Shown here piece by piece: positions 58,690 to 64,000 of a stretch of DNA of 64,000 nucleotides (positions are counted from its first letter, which is position 1; every line of letters starts with the position of its first letter). Below the pieces are notes generated by a model. That model saw only the letters and a program-made list of their open reading frames with translations. It had not been told where the DNA came from and did not search any database. Source of the stretch: the human T2T-CHM13v2.0 reference genome, Homo sapiens; assembly GCF_009914755.1 (NCBI RefSeq), contig NC_060948.1. The stretch is one strand, 5' to 3'. A program made the position numbers and the translations under genes.

Positions 58690-59791
58690 TTACATCACAT
58701 CATATGAGATCTTACAGAACAGATCCTTTTATCATGACAAATTAATCATTAGTATTGAATGCTAGTGATGGAAATAAATGATAAAGGAAGTTTATTTTGA
58801 TTCATTAATTGTATATATCATAGAAATGAAAAATAAAGATAATTTACTATATTTAGAAATACTCTGTTTTGGTAGAGAGAATAATTCCTTGAGCACATTT
58901 AGTACAGATTATTGGTCTTGCACACATGGTTAGATTAAAGATAAATATAAAAATAGATTCATTTTTGACCTTCAGAATCTAAAATGTCCAAATGCTCATC
59001 AAAAGAGAGAAAAGTCAATGAGTGAAGGCAGATTGTTTTTCTTTAAAGATTTTCTGCTTGAATGTCACTGCCTCTTAGTGCCCTACAGAACCACAAATTA
59101 TGAGTAGAATAAAAGGATGTACTTTAGAAAATATTGAACCAGATACTTCCAGTGTCTGTGCTATATATTGGGAGAAAATGAAGCACTCTTAATAAATAGA
59201 TAAACTTTTAAATTAGTTATTGCTTCAGTATACCAAATGGTATCCTTGTTGCCCACAATATTTAATGCCTATTCCTAAAGTGTTTAATATATTCTGATAA
59301 ACTATTTACTACTGGGAAACCTTGAATGACTTAGGAGATAATTAATTTAATTTGTGGTTTAGTGAACAACAAACTTTCCTCATTTAATACCTTAAACTCT
59401 GAATCGAAACTTTTTCCATCACAGATGGCTGACAATATACAAGATATAACATATATTAAAAATAGATTGGATGTAATATACTTGGAGCGACACTTGAGCT
59501 CTTCATGGCAGTGCAAAGATACTATAAGATATTTAACTGTGACTGAATCACAGTGAGCACAGTCAGCCACACCTTACTGGTCATTGTCAAGACTCTGTAA
59601 ATCATGTTTGATAAGAACAGAGTTCGTCACAATCACATAAGCATTTATTTCCCTGACAATTAAATGGTGAAAATGTTGGAGATAATATTTAGAACAAGAT
59701 AGAATTACCATACAAAAGCCATTTTCTATCGTAAATCTAATGATAATGCTACACTCTATAAGTCACAAACAATCATGGGTGTTTGCTAATT

Positions 59792-60815
59792 TTGCAGTAC
59801 TTGCCTTCACTCTTCCAATGGAGAAATAATATTCTCAAAGACAACATTTAATAATAATGCACCATGTACGGTAATCACTTCATTATTAGAAATGTTAACA
59901 AAGCATATATTATCTAGTTTAAAGTTTTATAAAGTGTATTCCTTAAAACATTACATCTACAGGATTAAAGTAGGCCTTGTGTTGAAAAGCAGTTCTCTTA
60001 TCAAATTTACAGAATGTTGAATCAGGCAATATTAAACAGATTTTTTTTGTTTTTAAAAATTGTTTTCCACTGCACATTTTCTCAGAACTTTTAAAAGAGG
60101 TAGAATGCTTCTGACTATAAGATGGGAATATAGTATGTGACATTCCTCAGATGTATTTGAATATGGAGGCTTTTATTCTGTTGTACCTTATGGGAATAAT
60201 ATTCCTTGAAACACTATTTGGGGAGTACAAATCTGATTAAAGCCCCTCACATGAAGCAACTTCCTTAGAGGCAGATAAGCTATATGATATTCCTGAAGGT
60301 TTCAAAGTGACCTAAACAGAATTTAGGTGAAGGCCCCCTAGTTTACTGTCCAATACTTATTCCATTTTCACAATGTGGCTTTCCATTTTAACTGGTAATA
60401 TTTATTTGAAATTTTTTAAAAATCAGTTTTACTCTAAAGTTTAGAGGAAACATTTAAAAAAAGACTAGAAGACTAGAACAGCAGGGTTAGGACAGTTCTT
60501 CTACCAAAGCAGTACACTTTCGAATACACAGTATTATATACAGTATTGCAGTACTTGCCTTTACCCTTCCAATGGAGAAATAATATCCTCAAAGACAACA
60601 TTTAATAATAACACGTCATGTACAGTAATCATTCTGTTAACTTGATAATTTGATAATTACAAATGTTAAAGATATATGTATTTGTAAACTATTCATAAAA
60701 TATGCTTATATACGTTATATTTATTCAGCCTAATCTGTAACCTTACGGGCCATTGTTTTATGATTATCTATTTATATATCTATATTAGAAATGTTAACAA
60801 AGCATAGATTATCTA
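59792..60815 (+). repeat. Dispersed direct duplication of ~120 bp (copy 1 59792-59916; copy 2 60546-60631 plus 60783-60815)
   Basis: TTGCAGTACTTGCCTT..CTTCCAATGGAGAAATAATAT.CTCAAAGACAACATTTAATAATAA and TATTAGAAATGTTAACAAAGCATA.ATTATCTA each occur twice. Confidence 0.92.
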
Positions 60816-63800
60816 TCTTTTCTTGTGTAGTTTAAATCTCACTCTAAGCATTTGCTGATAGAACAGTTTTGCTTTTCCATGCTGAAGCAATTGAAGAATG
60901 GCCTGGGTTTACCCTGTCAGAATGTCTCACCTATAAACATTTGTACTAAAGTCACAGCAACATTTGAAAGATGCTACAGGAGTAACCCAACTCATAATGT
61001 GGACTTCCAAGATTTTCTGCAAAAATGAGTCAGCCCTTAGTAACTCTTGTCTATGTGTTTAAATATCATTTATGTAATGTGATTAATTAAAAGATTTTAT
61101 TCTTATCATCTGCTTGTATTTTACATCAAACATTTTATAAATGTGTACTAGATGATAAAATAAACTGGTTTTACCTTAAAAGGAAAAGAAAAATAGGTTC
61201 TTTCATCCCTTCCAGAAATTACATTAGCATGAGGACTACACAAGGTGAACACATTCAGATTCAAATCCCTTTACGAAAGAGACCTCTTAATGATACACAA
61301 ATCAATGAAAAGATATATGTATATCTACAATTAAAATTGCCTACTATTAAAAATAAATGGCTACACAACTTAATTTTTTAACTTGCAGACTGTATACAAT
61401 GATATATAGCTATTTGAAATTGATATTAGAATTCTTAAGTGCAGTATTTATTGTTGCTGGGCCAAATATTCCTGTGGAAAAGCACAGGTGTGAAATTGTA
61501 ACTGAGAAAATGTGACTTTGTATATCGTTATTAATTCACATTATGCACACATTTTAGAAGCATATTTTATGTATAAGATCAAACTGTGTCATTCTTTCTT
61601 TTCTTTAGTTAGAGATGTCTATTGAAAGATAGAACTAGAAGGGATCTTGAAAGGTCATTAATCCATTCACTGCACTTAAACAAGACTAAACCTAAAAAAG
61701 GCTCAGAGAGACTATCTTTGGCAGTGTGAAAACTTTTCGTGTCTAATTCCTTTTATGAAGACAATCTAGTAGAAACAATAAAAAAGAAAAGCTTCCAATA
61801 TGGCATTTTGCTTTTCTAAGATGATTTCCCATTCTGTTACTAAAAAAAGAACTAAATTTATATTTTTCTCTTTTTGTCTTTTCTCTCTTTGCAGGTGCAC
61901 ACTATGTGTATGTGAATCATGATACAGTTCACAGCAACTGTAGCAATGCCACTGTGTTTCTGTTAATTAACTCAATATAACTATTGTGCATAAAAAGTGT
62001 ACATTTAATAAGGAAATCAAGATTTAAAACAATTTCACAAAATATTTTATTATAACCATACACAAAACACTTTTCAAATCACCAACCATTTGTTATTATT
62101 TCTTACAAATTCAGACATACAGGATTACGTTCTTGAAACTGCATAATTATATTAAATATAAGAATGTCTCTAAATTTCATGGCTTTTATCTACCATAATG
62201 GGTTATCATTCCAATAAAAATATTAAATATTTGTGCCTATATAATTTATATGTGCAAATTATATGCATATATATGAAATGTCCTATATATGTGTGTGTGT
62301 GTGGGTTTGTGTACACTTTGATGGAGAATAAGTTGTGTTATTTTATTAAGCAAAAACATTGCCTTTTATGGTACATAAAATGACTCGTGTTTCCATGCTA
62401 TTAAAATTCCTACATAAGTCTAAATTCTTATACATTCCATTCTCTTTGTATATTTTCCTTTTAAGATGACAAACATTTATTTCAAAATATCTACATTTTG
62501 TAAGCATTATACTCTAGTATCCAGTTTACTTACTATATATATGTGTCTGTATACATATGTATATTCACTTATACATATTGGTGGTAACACTTTTCTCCTT
62601 TTATTTTAGTTTTACATTTCTGGAGTTTCGGGAAAGAAGCTATTGAAATTTTTCTTATTTCAAGATATGTTTACATGACCTACTTGCAAACTTAACAAAA
62701 TCATCTGAGATTATTTTTTCTTTTTTCAGTAAACTTACCAAAATTTGAACATAACTTGAAAGTAATGATCGGTTTGCTGTTTTGATTGTTTGTAGACAAG
62801 TCCTGTGCCATTAGTATCTAATAAAGTGAGTGACATTGAAGAATTTGGTGACAAGAATACAAACTAGTCAAAATAGATTGCCTCTATGTCAATAATTATA
62901 AGGCTGCATATCAAAAAAATATAGTCATATATATATTCTAGGCACTGTTTAGGGATAGTAAAAGAACTAAAAATTGTGTACATACATTTTGTTGGAACAC
63001 AATGGAGGTGAGGTTGGGGAGTATGGTGTATTTCCGTGTGGTTTGAGTGCCTGTGTGTGTGTATGCGGGTGTGAGAATTACTTTTTATAGAAATATAATT
63101 AAGTAAAACTAACTTGGCATGTAAAATATGAGACAGTGAAGGAATAGGAGCATGGAAAACTATAAATTTTATAATTGTGCCATGTTTAGACTTTTCAGTT
63201 ATTTCATAGTTATTGTATCAGACCTAAGACCGTGGCACATATTAGGTTCAAAATGGGAATGTAGATCCCTAAATCTAGATCCTTAATTCTTAATGCTTTT
63301 CACCATCACATGCTATAGTTCATTCACACAAATCACTGTGTTGTGTTTCTTTTGGTTGACACATACCTATCCCCAAGAAAATGGACTCAAAAGACACTAA
63401 TAAAAGCTTTTAAAAGTATTTTTATAAGCCTGGGAACTGCAATAACCCCTGTATCTATTAATTGTTATAATATAATTATGTGAAATATGAGTGAATTGTG
63501 AAGAGACAGGAGTAAAAACTGAACTTTTGGGAAGGAAAATTGCTAAGGAACGAATGCAGAGTCCAGTCCCAAGGGAAATTGGTTAGGGTATCCATTTAGC
63601 ACAGGGTATTTGGTAATCAAACACATGGACTGGAATACAGTTTCAGAAAACATTATGTATCTTAGTGATGAAAGCAACTGCTTTTCACTTTTTGCAAACA
63701 TGACATTAGTGAACCTTCTGCTAAATCCTCTACACTATTTAGTAAATCTATATCCATCAGATTGATTGTCTTTCTGATACTGCCAAAGTTCAGGTGTATA

Positions 63801-64000
63801 TTAATTTCAAGAATAATTGAAACTGAAACATACCAAATAGTCCCATAGAGAGTTTTTTATTTTTTTTTTGATTAACATAGAAATTGACCTTTCTGATCTT
63901 AAAACGTGAAACTCACCAGATCCAGACAATGACATACCAGGCCTCTCAAATGGTATCAAAGAATTCAAACTCACCAGATCATCACATTCTGACAATGAGA

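Overview
This is primate (human or ape-like) genomic DNA: AT-rich, gene-poor and dominated by transposable elements. I found no intact host protein-coding gene; the longer ORFs in the track are L1, Alu, HERV-L or LTR remnants, and the rest look like chance ORFs. Main contents: (1) many LINE-1 copies of different ages; (2) a full-length U6 snRNA copy fused to a ~4.2 kb L1 on the minus strand (6245-10571); (3) an apparently full-length old L1 (41606-55326) carrying two Alus and a complete HERV-L provirus with MLT2A-type LTRs (43771-50432, AAACT TSD); (4) a truncated LTR12 joined to an L1 5' fragment; (5) MaLR and MLT2 LTRs, Tigger and MER5 fossils, MIR/L2 and six Alus. The notable items are structural oddities of these insertions, plus an AT-rich palindrome and a dispersed duplication. 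Subfamily calls come from recalled consensus sequences and need RepeatMasker/Dfam confirmation. I see no evidence of a new biological system; the highlights are known mechanisms in unusual configurations.
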